Origin: a virus
Taxonomy: Duplodnaviria; Caudoviricetes
Reading direction: 5' to 3' (one strand)
Virus record (IMG/VR): IMGVR_UViG_3300027891_000004
Location: 32,001-96,000 of that record
Length of the DNA: 64,000 nucleotides
Shown here one piece after another: positions 29,938 through 40,058 of the stretch (within the stretch, counting starts at the first letter, position 1; the number at the start of each line of letters is the position of its first letter). Under the pieces are notes generated by a model. It had not been told where the DNA came from. It was given only the letters and a program-made list of their open reading frames with translations, and did not search any database. A program made the translations under genes and the position numbers.

Positions 29938-30450
29938 TTAGTGATAATCCGTAATTTCCTGTATTTCAATTTCTGTAACTTTCGACCAATCTAAATTACC
30001 GTTTGCATCTACGGGAATTGGATCATGCTTTGGCACAAAGATTAAACGCCACCCACCATGCAAAGCGCCAGCAAGTTGCCCTGCCCTATCGTCTTTTAAG
30101 CTGTGAAAATTACCTTTATTGTCACGAACTCCCCGCAATTCTTTACGCCCCTTCAATTCTTCAAGTGTTATAGCTCTTTCAAGTCTCTTTAATTGCTTTT
30201 CAAGCACAATATGATTTTTTGGATTTCCACCATCGCCTCCAAATTCGATATTTCCGGGCGTACATTCAGCTTCTACCTGAGGATTAGCGTAGGAAATGCC
30301 AACCATATTATCAACGGCGTCATCATTCCAAACCTTGCCGTCTGCCGACTGACATTCTTTTATGGTTTGGAACGACGCATTGCCGCCGATGCAACGACAA
30401 TCGCCAGAACCAGGCAGTTCGCTAAAACTGTTTACAACATTCATTTTCAT
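29938..30450 (-). CDS. type-B leader fused to a HigB/RelE-family toxin domain
   Basis: FHSLKDDRAGQLAGALHGGWRLIFVP...DW.KVTEIEIQEITDYH is a HigB signature; 48-aa extension VVNSFSEL...ASFQ...AVDN before MVGISYAN. Confidence 0.85.
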   Translation of the reverse strand: MKMNVVNSFSELPGSGDCRCIGGNASFQTIKECQSADGKVWNDDAVDNMVGISYANPQVEAECTPGNIEFGGDGGNPKNHIVLEKQLKRLERAITLEELKGRKELRGVRDNKGNFHSLKDDRAGQLAGALHGGWRLIFVPKHDPIPVDANGNLDWSKVTEIEIQEITDYH

Positions 30451-30462
30451 TCTCCTTTTTAT

Positions 30463-30490
30463 AGTATGCCGATTTCTTAAAATAAATCAA
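30463..30490 (-). promoter_or_regulatory. sigma70-like promoter TTGATT-N16-CATACT
   Basis: Same motif recurs at 59773-59800, 44792-44818, 45605-45632 and 56372-56400. Confidence 0.6.
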
Positions 30491-30514
30491 CAAGCATGGA
30501 TTCAAAAAGGCAAA

Positions 30515-30534
30515 AGCCCGCCACGTGGCGGGCT
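30515..30534 (-). terminator. palindromic intrinsic terminator after the tape measure gene
   Basis: AGCCCGCCACGTGGCGGGCT followed by TTT on the minus strand, 8 nt after the stop. Confidence 0.8.
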
Positions 30535-30542
30535 CGCCCATT

Positions 30543-33500
30543 TCAATAGTTCCTGTTTGCCCCGCCCGCCAGTCCGGCCGGGCGGTTGTAATTGTTGGTC
30601 ACGTACTCATTGCGACCCTGCGGCATCATCGCTCGCTGTTGCGTGGCCTGGATCAATTGCGGCATAGAGGTTGTCAGGAACGTCATCAAATTCGCGTGTT
30701 GCAATTGCATATTACGGTCCATTGTGATCGTTGCATCGGCGGCGGGGTCCGTAACATGCCCGAACGCGGCGGCCTGTATCCGTTCCCACGTACCCTCCAT
30801 CGAATCCTTACCGCCCACGTCCTCACTAATCAGACCCCGGTACGTACCGCTTGCGGCCATACGGTCGGAGATCGCCTCGGCTATTTGTTTACTATTGTCC
30901 ATTTCCGCCCTTTGGTTGGCGTATTTCTCTTGGATTTGCGCCATTTCCGATTCGGTTACGCCGCGTTCTTTGGCCCGTTCGGTTTCGCGTTTCTCCTGCA
31001 CCGTTAAATCACGCGATTGCCGTTCGTATTGGAGTTCCCGGTTGCGTTTTTGAATCGCCTTCATCCAATCGGCACCGGTTTGCGCACCGGCCATATCGAC
31101 GGCGAATTGTGTATTGATATTCCCCTCGCGCCGTTGGGATTCGCCGCGTGTTTTTATCATATCGGCTTGGAAACTATCGGCTCTTTTCCTACGTTCGGCA
31201 TCAAGTTTTACCCTTTCTTCTTCAAGTTTTTGGGCGCGTTCCTGTTCTTTTTTTGACGCCGTATTTCTGGCTTCCCGTCTGTCGTCGGCTTCCATTTTTT
31301 GTCTTTTCTGTTTCGCGTCCAGATCGTCCTGCGCCATTTGATGTTGGCCTTTTTTGGTAGCTTGGTCCATAGCCAATTTACCCAATTGTGCTGTCCCTTC
31401 CTTGTAGCTTGCAGCCAACGTTTCCAGACTTGCCTTTTGATCGCCGTTATTGATGCCTAGTTGCTTCAATATATCTGCCAATATGTTGTTGCCCTGCATA
31501 GCTTGCGCAAGCTGCGCATCGCCCGCCGCGGCGGCGGCCTTCATAGCATCTGATATATCTGCGTTGGCTTCTTTGAGACCCTCTTTCATTGCTTCTTTCG
31601 CTTTGTCGTCTGCTACCTGTTCATCTGTCAGGCCGGGCGTTGTTTGAGAAGGTGGACCGCCACTTGTTACTGCGCCTGTCCCTGAAATCTCGCCCGGTTT
31701 CGCTTTCTCAATCTGCTCCTTAAAATAGTCGCGTATTTCAATAGCCGTTTTTTCATCGCCATCTTTTGAAAGCGCATTATTTATCATACCTTGTACTTTT
31801 TTGCGTTCCTCAGGACTTAAATCTGCCGTCTTAAGATAGGAAGCCATTCCTGTTGAAAGTTCTCTTGTCGCGGATGCCGCACTATCTTTCTCAGCAAACA
31901 AATTCCAACCGCTTCTTTCTTTATTGCTCTTATTTGCTTCTACAACGGTAGAACTATCCGCATACAATTTACGGAGTTCCTGCAAGTTTTTCAGTTGCTC
32001 AGGCGTTAATTCAGGCGTTTGTTCCTGTTGCCCCTGTTGTCCTTGCGTCTGCTGTTGCGGCGGCTGTTGTGGGACATTCGGGGTATTCGCCCATTGCTGC
32101 ACGTCCTCGCGGGCGGCCAATTCGCGCAGTTTTTCAACACGTTTATCGCCCGTCAAACCTCTGACTGCATCGTTAAATTCACTTATTTTCCCCTCTTTTT
32201 GGAAAAATGCTTGAAGGCTGCTCTCCAACTTTTGGCTACCTGCAGTAAACCCTTCCATTATTTCCCTTGCCAACGCTCTCTTGTCGTCGTCCGTAAGCTC
32301 TGCCTTGACCTTTTTCTCTGCCTCTGCTTCGGACATACCCTTGCCCATAAGGTCTTTTTTCTGCTGCTCCAAACTAGCGATAAACGCCTGATCGCGGCCA
32401 CCTCCTAAAGACGCCGATTGTGCTAGTGTTTTTTTCATTTGTTCCCAGCCCATATTTTCTATGGGTTTTGCCCACGTCGTAGGATCGGTCAGCGCGGCCG
32501 CTGCTTTCGCCTGTGCTTCTTCCATCTGCTTCCGGTATTCGACTTCTTTCTTGATATACTCCAACTGCATAGCGAACCGGATCGCCATCATTTGAAGTTC
32601 CAATTGGTGTTTCATCTCAACCATTTTCATTTCAAATTGGGCTTGATCTTCGTTCTGCTGTTGTTGGAGCGCGTGTTTTTCCTTCATCGCGGCATCGTCT
32701 TCCTGATTCTTTTCGGCGGTGTCCAACGTGGCCTGTCTCTCTTCCATTTTCGTGACAATCCGGTCGAATTTTTCGGCGATTTCAATAAGCTGCAAATCAC
32801 GCTGAATGTCGAACGGGGATTTGCCGTATGTGTCCATCGTTACGATTTGACGGTCCAGAACGCGGTCGAGCGTCCGTTGGAACAAATCGCGTTCTCGTTT
32901 CCGGTTCGCCAACACGGTCTCGAATGTTCGTATTTCGTTGTTCTTTCGCAACTTGTTGTACTCCACGGCCATATCGACCATTTTCTGGTGCAAATCAAGC
33001 GCGATCTTTTGTTCCAGATCGAACCGGGCCTTTTGGTACTCGGCTTCATGCTCAACGCGGGCCTCGAACATTGATTTTTCCGCTTCCAACCGTACCTCCA
33101 TTTCTCTTTTGGCATCTTCTCCCTGTAGAGCGGCGATACGCATCTGCGAGGCTTCGTACGCGACGAATTCCCGCTTCTGTCTACCGGCCCACTGCGAACC
33201 TCCGGACATATCTTTCCAATCGCCTGCCGACGCCGCGGCTTGCTTGGCCAAATCATGCAATTTATTACGGAATTCTTTCTCTGTGTTAATTTCGAGTTCG
33301 ATGCGCGCCTTTTTGGCGGCCTGCAGCTCTTTTTCTTTATCCGCCAATTCATTGGTCATTCTTATTTCTTCATTTTTCCATTTGTCAAATTCATCAAAAG
33401 CCTTCTTTTGATTTTCACGCGCCTTTTCAACTTGTGCTCGCACTTCCACGTACCGTTTGGCTATCCGTTCCTCGGTTTCCACGTACACGTTTCCTTTTTC

Positions 33501-36500
33501 ATCTGCGTACGTATACTTATTCCCTTGTTTAACGGCCCGTTTTTTCACGCCCTCAACGCCGCCCTCCCACACAGCTACAAGTTTCGCATCCATCGAGTTT
33601 GCAAGTTTATCAAACTCATTTTTGAACCTTTCATTCATTTGTTCTACACGTTCTTTAAACGAATCGGGGATTTCCCAATCTCCCGCGAGAATTACGTCAA
33701 GCGCGCCTTCATAGCTTTTGAACAACTCCTCGAATTTTGTCTTGACGGATTCCGCTATTTGATTGTCCCAGTTTTCCAAATCCGACTGTAACTTAGCTGC
33801 CTTTGCCTGGTCAATACCGGGCATCCCAAGAAAACCATGCCCCCAACTTCTTACGGACGCGCTTACCTCGTTGCTATACGTGTGGCCCTGCCCCGAGCGC
33901 AATTTGGGCAACAGATCGCCCTTCAAACTGGCGACGGCCAGACCAACAGCGCCACCGGCTACGGCTCCGATGGCCCCGCCAATAACCGCACCGAGGGGCC
34001 CTGCAGAAAGGCCAACGGCGGCTCCCAATTTAGCGGCAAAAGCAGAACTTGCGACTGCGGCAGTCAAACCTGTGGCAGTGGCCGTAATAATACCTGCCCC
34101 AGCGCCGATCCCCACAGCTCCGGGCATAATACCCGAATCTCCGTGCAACCCCTCACGCCGTGCCGCCTGTTGCTGCTTCCAATGCTCCATTTGTTTTTCA
34201 AACCTTTCGCGTACCTGCTGCACGCCTTTCTGCTTAACCTGGGCATCTTCCTGCGATTTTTTACGACGCTCATCAATATCAAGCAGCCGACGTTGGGCAG
34301 CCAAATCTGCCGCCGTCATCGTGAGGCTATCGGCGGCCATTTTCTCACGATTCCTTGCCCTCAATTTTTCCATATTGAACTCGGCCTGCATAGCGGCCAG
34401 CCGCAGTTGCGATTCTTGTTGGACCGCCAGTATACGCATTTCAGAAAGCTGTTTATTGAGCAGCATTTCTCTTTTATACGCCTCGTTTCTACGCTTTTCC
34501 CATAACGACCAAAAAGACGCGATTCCAGCCGCGATTAGCCCTACCCCCACCAAAATGCCTGTAGTGGCGGCAGAACCGCCAATTTTAGCAAACCGGCCGC
34601 CGCCCGACTCTGCCAGGGCTACATTGGCTGCATTTTGCGTCCCTACTCGTTGCGCTCCCGTCTGGAAAGCGTCCTTCGCCGCCTGCGGAGCCTTAGACTG
34701 CGCGAGCACGCTATCCGTATATTTTTTTATATCTTTAGTGTACAAATCCCCCACGATTTTCGTCAAATCGCCGCCCCTCTCGGCAACGATCTTTTTCCCC
34801 TGCGCAAGCGCCGACTGCATTGCCTTTTCGGACGCCGCCTTAAATTGGGTCATATTCACGCCAGCATCTTTGGCAAGCCCGGCAAGACCTGCTATGCCTT
34901 TCTTAGCGTTTCCAAACGCGAGAATGGTATCCAAAGATTTACCGGCGTTCGTCATGGTAGTCATAACGTTCTTCATACCCATCAGGCCCGCGCTTGCCTG
35001 ATCGACAATTTTTAGAAAACCATCGGGAATAGGAACGCCGAACGCTCGCATATCGCGCATCGTTTGGTTCACCTTGCCCAACGCGCCGTGCAGACGTTCG
35101 ATAGAGCCAACGGCGGATTTGAATTTAGTGATTTCCGTATGCAGTTTTTGGAAATCGCCCCGGATCGAAACGGCCTGTTGCCCCAACTCCTTTTGCTTCT
35201 GGATCAGCGCATCGAACTGTTTGACCTCCTCCGGCGTAATAATGCCCAAAGATTCCTTCTGTTCCATCTTCTTGATTTCATCCCCTATATCTTTGGCTTT
35301 TTCCCTTACCTCATCCATTGAAGACGACAATTCAACGAACTTTTCCTGCATAGCGATAACGGTAGCCGGGTCCAACGTCCGGGAAGGATCGATACCCGCT
35401 ATAGCGCCATCAACTTCCCCCAAAGCATCCGCAACGCCGTCCAACTGACTCTGTATACCATCCGTATCCAACGACAAACGAAGATCGCCGCTGGTTAGCG
35501 CATCAATCTGTTCTTTCGTCATTTTCGCGCCGGTGCCCAATTGCCGGGTAACATCGAGTATTTCCAACAGCGAGGTAGGGGGCGCACCGTCTGATTTAGA
35601 GATAGCCTGTATAGTGGCAATCGCGTCGCCCATATCGAACGCGATGTCGCGGGCCACCCGTTGCGATTCCTCGCCGACCTCAACAATATGCTTTTTCAAA
35701 TTCTCGTATACACCTGCAGTATCAATATCGGAGACGGACACGCCCGCCTTGTTTGCGCTCTCCTCAAACTTAGCCATCGCCGCGTTGACAGTATCAATTC
35801 CCGCCTTCCCATTCTGAAAATCGGCCAGCGCAGCGTTAAGCATCTGGAACGCCGTCGATACCTGTTTGCCACTTTTGGGGATCGCCTTAATCGCCTCGTC
35901 CATTTTCCCGGCTTCGGCGGCGTACTGAGTAAATTCGGACACGGGCAATTTCATGCCGCCGAGTTCTTCCAGTTTCTTCCGGTACTTTTCAACTTTTTCA
36001 ATGTCCGCGTCGCTAACAAGAGCACCCGTCGATTGGATGTCTTTGAACGATTGTTGCAATTGTGGCGGGAGTTCCAATTTTTCCAATTTGCCGCCGATAG
36101 TTTCGACGTACTTGGCGAACGTTTGGGTGGATATACTACCCTGATCTAATTTCTCTTTTGCCCCGTCCAAGATGGTCAGCAGGCGTTCGGCTTCCGCCTT
36201 ATCGCCGAAATCCAATTCAAAACCCTGCAAAGCGTCTTTTGCCGTCTTGAACTTTTGCTCGAATTCAGTCAAATTAGACTTGGCGTTCGAGAGCATCTTT
36301 TCAATCTCGGCGTCGGCCTCTTTCAACTTCTCCGTCAGCCCGCTGGAAGAGATCGCCGTGTTCATACGGCTAAACAACGAACTGACAAGCGTAGTCATCG
36401 ATTCGGCGACTTTTCCGGCCTGCTCCGTCATACCGTTATTCATAAGGAGCATGAACTGTTCGATCTGGCCCTTAATCGCGCCGGTATCCGTCTTGAACTG

Positions 36501-36794
36501 CATCGAGAGCGCAGGCTGCGATTTGAGTATCTTGTCGAACATGTTCATCGCCTTCGTAGCAAACGCGGCCAGTTCGCGTTCGTCTACCTTAGAATCCTTC
36601 GTGAAAAGCTGCAACGATTCCTTTTCATTAAAGAATTTCTGGACCTGCGCCACTGTCCTTTTCAAGTCTTTATCGTCCGTAGAGAAACCTACCTTGATAT
36701 TAGAGGCGGCGGTGGCGAGCGCGTTTGTTAGCTGTTTAACCGCGTCTTGAAAAAGCAACTTAACCTGCACATCTACTTCGGGCGTCTTTGGCAT
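30543..36794 (-). CDS. tail tape measure protein
   Basis: 2083 aa, Ala/Gln/Lys/Glu-rich and helical, with central Gly/Ala hydrophobic segments; lies between chaperones and tail-tip genes. Confidence 0.9.
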   Translation of the reverse strand: MPKTPEVDVQVKLLFQDAVKQLTNALATAASNIKVGFSTDDKDLKRTVAQVQKFFNEKESLQLFTKDSKVDERELAAFATKAMNMFDKILKSQPALSMQFKTDTGAIKGQIEQFMLLMNNGMTEQAGKVAESMTTLVSSLFSRMNTAISSSGLTEKLKEADAEIEKMLSNAKSNLTEFEQKFKTAKDALQGFELDFGDKAEAERLLTILDGAKEKLDQGSISTQTFAKYVETIGGKLEKLELPPQLQQSFKDIQSTGALVSDADIEKVEKYRKKLEELGGMKLPVSEFTQYAAEAGKMDEAIKAIPKSGKQVSTAFQMLNAALADFQNGKAGIDTVNAAMAKFEESANKAGVSVSDIDTAGVYENLKKHIVEVGEESQRVARDIAFDMGDAIATIQAISKSDGAPPTSLLEILDVTRQLGTGAKMTKEQIDALTSGDLRLSLDTDGIQSQLDGVADALGEVDGAIAGIDPSRTLDPATVIAMQEKFVELSSSMDEVREKAKDIGDEIKKMEQKESLGIITPEEVKQFDALIQKQKELGQQAVSIRGDFQKLHTEITKFKSAVGSIERLHGALGKVNQTMRDMRAFGVPIPDGFLKIVDQASAGLMGMKNVMTTMTNAGKSLDTILAFGNAKKGIAGLAGLAKDAGVNMTQFKAASEKAMQSALAQGKKIVAERGGDLTKIVGDLYTKDIKKYTDSVLAQSKAPQAAKDAFQTGAQRVGTQNAANVALAESGGGRFAKIGGSAATTGILVGVGLIAAGIASFWSLWEKRRNEAYKREMLLNKQLSEMRILAVQQESQLRLAAMQAEFNMEKLRARNREKMAADSLTMTAADLAAQRRLLDIDERRKKSQEDAQVKQKGVQQVRERFEKQMEHWKQQQAARREGLHGDSGIMPGAVGIGAGAGIITATATGLTAAVASSAFAAKLGAAVGLSAGPLGAVIGGAIGAVAGGAVGLAVASLKGDLLPKLRSGQGHTYSNEVSASVRSWGHGFLGMPGIDQAKAAKLQSDLENWDNQIAESVKTKFEELFKSYEGALDVILAGDWEIPDSFKERVEQMNERFKNEFDKLANSMDAKLVAVWEGGVEGVKKRAVKQGNKYTYADEKGNVYVETEERIAKRYVEVRAQVEKARENQKKAFDEFDKWKNEEIRMTNELADKEKELQAAKKARIELEINTEKEFRNKLHDLAKQAAASAGDWKDMSGGSQWAGRQKREFVAYEASQMRIAALQGEDAKREMEVRLEAEKSMFEARVEHEAEYQKARFDLEQKIALDLHQKMVDMAVEYNKLRKNNEIRTFETVLANRKRERDLFQRTLDRVLDRQIVTMDTYGKSPFDIQRDLQLIEIAEKFDRIVTKMEERQATLDTAEKNQEDDAAMKEKHALQQQQNEDQAQFEMKMVEMKHQLELQMMAIRFAMQLEYIKKEVEYRKQMEEAQAKAAAALTDPTTWAKPIENMGWEQMKKTLAQSASLGGGRDQAFIASLEQQKKDLMGKGMSEAEAEKKVKAELTDDDKRALAREIMEGFTAGSQKLESSLQAFFQKEGKISEFNDAVRGLTGDKRVEKLRELAAREDVQQWANTPNVPQQPPQQQTQGQQGQQEQTPELTPEQLKNLQELRKLYADSSTVVEANKSNKERSGWNLFAEKDSAASATRELSTGMASYLKTADLSPEERKKVQGMINNALSKDGDEKTAIEIRDYFKEQIEKAKPGEISGTGAVTSGGPPSQTTPGLTDEQVADDKAKEAMKEGLKEANADISDAMKAAAAAGDAQLAQAMQGNNILADILKQLGINNGDQKASLETLAASYKEGTAQLGKLAMDQATKKGQHQMAQDDLDAKQKRQKMEADDRREARNTASKKEQERAQKLEEERVKLDAERRKRADSFQADMIKTRGESQRREGNINTQFAVDMAGAQTGADWMKAIQKRNRELQYERQSRDLTVQEKRETERAKERGVTESEMAQIQEKYANQRAEMDNSKQIAEAISDRMAASGTYRGLISEDVGGKDSMEGTWERIQAAAFGHVTDPAADATITMDRNMQLQHANLMTFLTTSMPQLIQATQQRAMMPQGRNEYVTNNYNRPAGLAGGANRNY

Positions 36795-37030
36795 CGTAAT
36801 TCAAAGCGTAAGGGGGCGCTCACCTTCCCAAAACAATCAAGAGTTTTCCGAAAATGCGGAAAACATAAATTTGCATGTAGTATAGCCTAAAACCCTCAAA
36901 AAACAACCACCGGAATTACCAAATATACGGTTTATACGACCACGACGTTTCATTCTTACAATTCGTTTTAAAACAGACGATACAACGCGGTGTCTGCCCG
37001 TTTTAATCAAGCGTACAAAATAATAGAAAC

Positions 37031-38197
37031 ATGCCCACGCAAAAGAAACAAAAAATGACGCCAGAAAACGATTTCCGTGAAATACTCCAAGAGACATTCC
37101 AAAAAATTGCACACGCGGCCACAGAAAATGAAAAACACTTAAAAAAACAAGAGACCAACAGCAGCATGACCGAGACGGAAACGATCTCTATACTGATCGA
37201 GCCGCTTATTACCATACTGGGGTACGACAAGAACGATCTTCGGGAAATCAGACAAGAATACACAGCAAAAAAGCAAACAACAAAAGGGAACAAAAGAGTA
37301 GACATTGCGATTCTCCAACGGCAGGATGGGAAAGCAATAATGGTCTGGGAATGCAAGGCAAGAAGAGTGCCGCTCGGCAACTCAGGGGTTTCGCAGCTTA
37401 GGGGATACTTTAAAACTCATAGGGCTGCCATTGGCGTTCTTACAAACGGCATCCACTACCAGTTCTACACAAACATCGACAACCCCGAAAGTAACGAAAT
37501 GGACAACGAACCTTTTCTGGAATACAACACAGGCAATAGTCTACCTCCCAATCAACTTGATGTTTTTGAGTACCTTAGAAAAGACAAGTTTAATCTGAAA
37601 CAAATACACGAAATAGGAAAAGAACAAAAGGACATCAACAGGATCAAACGGGTACTATACAGCCTTTTTTTGGAAACAGGCCCAGACGAATTTTACCAAA
37701 TAACAGCGGCAATGGCCAAACTCGGGAAAGGACTCGCCGAATCAAAACAGATTATCAAATCCGCCTTCATACGCATGGTAGAAGACGGCGTAATCCCAGC
37801 CGAAAGCACAGGAATTTTATACAAGGAAAAATTCGACGAATGGAAAACCAGTTTGTCAGAAACGACCGTGAAACTTTTTGAAAAATTAGAAAAGTACGTG
37901 TTAAGTCTCGAAAATGTCAAAACAAACCTTTCAAGTGCGTACAAAAGCTACGCGGCCCGCAAACAATTCATGCAAATGATGTACTGCGGCGGAAGAAAGA
38001 AACTAAGAATTCTACTGCTGGGATTGAACGTAGAAGAAATGGGAAAAGCCAAAAAATCATTGGAAAACACAGAGATACAATATCACGGCAAAGAACTTAG
38101 ACTCTTTATAGAGAACGAGGACAATTTGGAGAGAGCCAAACCGATTATTGAAAGAGCATACGAAAAAGCATACGAAAAAACGACAAAAAGAAAATAG
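37031..38197 (+). CDS. HsdR N-terminal (PD-(D/E)XK) nuclease domain protein with DUF5655-like C-terminus
   Basis: LIEPLITILGYD...EY...RVDIAI...ECK...QLRGYF...GVLTNGIHYQFY. Confidence 0.85.
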   Translation: MPTQKKQKMTPENDFREILQETFQKIAHAATENEKHLKKQETNSSMTETETISILIEPLITILGYDKNDLREIRQEYTAKKQTTKGNKRVDIAILQRQDGKAIMVWECKARRVPLGNSGVSQLRGYFKTHRAAIGVLTNGIHYQFYTNIDNPESNEMDNEPFLEYNTGNSLPPNQLDVFEYLRKDKFNLKQIHEIGKEQKDINRIKRVLYSLFLETGPDEFYQITAAMAKLGKGLAESKQIIKSAFIRMVEDGVIPAESTGILYKEKFDEWKTSLSETTVKLFEKLEKYVLSLENVKTNLSSAYKSYAARKQFMQMMYCGGRKKLRILLLGLNVEEMGKAKKSLENTEIQYHGKELRLFIENEDNLERAKPIIERAYEKAYEKTTKRK

Positions 38198-38203
38198 CGC
38201 CAA

Positions 38204-38231
38204 CAATTCCCGGCCACGTGGCCGGGAATTG
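38204..38231. terminator. 28-bp perfect palindrome between convergent genes
   Basis: CAATTCCCGGCCACGTGGCCGGGAATTG. Confidence 0.8.
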
Positions 38232-38250
38232 CAATTTCTGCTCGTTTCTC

Positions 38251-38925
38251 TTAGCCGTCGAGCGAGGCAATAAAATCTTTAATTTCGTTGACCTTCGCCT
38301 CAAACGCATCCCGGTACTTTGGGTCTACTTTCACGTCCGGGCGGTTCATGTGCATCCGCCCTATAGTGATCCATTGTTGTATCCCTTCGATATTTTGCTT
38401 AAACGACGCATCCATTTTATTCAAAAAGCGTTCTTTTTCCGCCAACTTATCTCCCCATTTGGAAGGATCGGATTTCGCAAAATCGCCCAAAAACTTTTTT
38501 GAAGTAGCGTCAATATCTTTCCACTTCAAATCCGAACGCAAATCTCGCAAATCCCTTGTCATCACATCTAAAACAGAGCCAGGAGTACGCGGCCCAGTCA
38601 ACGTGCTCATATCCGTATACCCGCTGCTCGGATCGTATACGTACTTGATTTCGTTGAACGCGGCCTGGCTCGACCCGGCCGGACGCGATTGCCCGCCGGT
38701 GTTACGCTCGAAAACGCTAAGATCGGCCACCCCGTCGCTACTGTAGTATTCCCTATCGCTCATATCATCCTCATCTTCTTTAACTTCATAAGTGTCGGCT
38801 ACGAGTGCCCTATAGTTCTTCCAATCTTCCCACGTAACGCCGTTCCACAAGGCAACAAGGAAAAAGTAGCCCAGAATCAAAACTGGCGTTAGCACAACAC
38901 CGATTATAACAAAAGGTATAAACAT
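38251..38925 (-). CDS. membrane-anchored protein with an internal type-A leader (alternative start 38763)
   Basis: N-terminal TM helix; VADLSVFERN...QAAFN from about aa 66; GAGGA upstream of ATG 38763. Confidence 0.7.
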   Translation of the reverse strand: MFIPFVIIGVVLTPVLILGYFFLVALWNGVTWEDWKNYRALVADTYEVKEDEDDMSDREYYSSDGVADLSVFERNTGGQSRPAGSSQAAFNEIKYVYDPSSGYTDMSTLTGPRTPGSVLDVMTRDLRDLRSDLKWKDIDATSKKFLGDFAKSDPSKWGDKLAEKERFLNKMDASFKQNIEGIQQWITIGRMHMNRPDVKVDPKYRDAFEAKVNEIKDFIASLDG

Positions 38926-38982
38926 AGCAACATAGTCGGGTGAAAAAGTGTGGGAAAAACGGAAAATAGTCGCCGCTAAAGG

Positions 38983-39633
38983 TTAAATCGAAGCCGGAGA
39001 TTCATTGATTTTTTTGAGTTCTTCGACGCTCTGTTCCATCCGGTCCAAAGCGTTCATTGCTTCTTGGGCCATCGCGGACGAGCCGCCAGCCACTTTTTCT
39101 TTAATGTCTTCTCGCAACAGGTCGGCCATTACTTCGTCGGGTTCGCCGTCCGCGTTTACCGGGGTATTGATTTCTACAATTTTTTCGATGAGCGTATCTA
39201 CATCGGGCTGTATCTCGCCTGTATTGGTAAGCGAGAGCATCTTTCCTAGCAGGTCCATACCTTCCACGTTCACAAAACCTTCGGGGAACAGCATATCACG
39301 GAATTGCTCGAACGTGAACGGCGGATTTTGGATCATCTGATACATCAGACGGGACATCCCGTAGGCACTCCCAAAAAGGATGTCACGCCCGTCCCCGTAT
39401 TGGAACGTTAGTTTTGCACAATAGGCCAGCGCCGCCATAAGCAACTCCTGCTTTTCAACCGCGTTCATACCGTCGGTAGCGAGCGTTACGTTCTTCATAT
39501 ACTGTTGCCGTACCCAAACGTCGAGTTCTTCGTAATCCTTCGCCGTTATATGCTTGAGGATAACGGGGGTCCCGTTCGGCAATGTGAACGGATGTGCAAC
39601 GGTACGCGGGTCAACTTGTTTTTCTTCTGACAT
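38983..39633 (-). CDS. tail assembly chaperone (gpG-like)
   Basis: PFTLPNG..VILKHIT.KDY.ELD.W pattern; upstream of the tape measure gene; paralog of 44815..45576. Confidence 0.65.
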   Translation of the reverse strand: MSEEKQVDPRTVAHPFTLPNGTPVILKHITAKDYEELDVWVRQQYMKNVTLATDGMNAVEKQELLMAALAYCAKLTFQYGDGRDILFGSAYGMSRLMYQMIQNPPFTFEQFRDMLFPEGFVNVEGMDLLGKMLSLTNTGEIQPDVDTLIEKIVEINTPVNADGEPDEVMADLLREDIKEKVAGGSSAMAQEAMNALDRMEQSVEELKKINESPASI

Positions 39634-39644
39634 CGTGATAGTTA

Positions 39645-39683
39645 TTGCTAAGGGCTATCGGGGCGACGGTTCCAAATATGGCT
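39645..39683 (-). repeat. 39-bp copy of the 3' end of the Lar-like gene (40531-40569)
   Basis: 38/39 identical; encodes SHIWNRRPD(S/N)P-stop. Confidence 0.9.
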
Positions 39684-39692
39684 GCCATCCTC

Positions 39693-40058
39693 TTAATCTT
39701 TTCCTAAACTGTCATTATCATCCTGGATAATATCGGTTTTAATGTTGTGGATTGCCGTTCTGCCTTCCGGAGCGCATCGAGAACTGAACGCCTGTACAAT
39801 TTCTAAGCGAATGTAGCGGTATGGGCACATCTGTTCCGCTTCAAGTTCCGGCGGCATCAAAACATTTTCAACGTTGAATGCGGCTATGCGGTCGTTGTGT
39901 TTCACAAAATTGCGTATCGTTACCTGCAATTCGTCGATAACCAATTTGTCGCCCCGGACAAACATTTCAACAAACTCATCTATTGACCGGACATCCCAAA
40001 TCGTACAACCGGGTAGCGTCCAACCTCTGGGCGGCCTTATTGTTATTTTAATTTTCAT
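39693..40058 (-). CDS. leaderless partner of 40055..40474
   Basis: ATGA overlap with the leader gene. Confidence 0.65.
   Translation of the reverse strand: MKIKITIRPPRGWTLPGCTIWDVRSIDEFVEMFVRGDKLVIDELQVTIRNFVKHNDRIAAFNVENVLMPPELEAEQMCPYRYIRLEIVQAFSSRCAPEGRTAIHNIKTDIIQDDNDSLGKD

Noticed and set aside
30525-36750. Long plus-strand ORFs (e.g. 33763..35001, 412 aa) and similar shadows over other large genes
   Set aside because: Antisense shadows of the tape measure and other genes, with no motifs or RBS.
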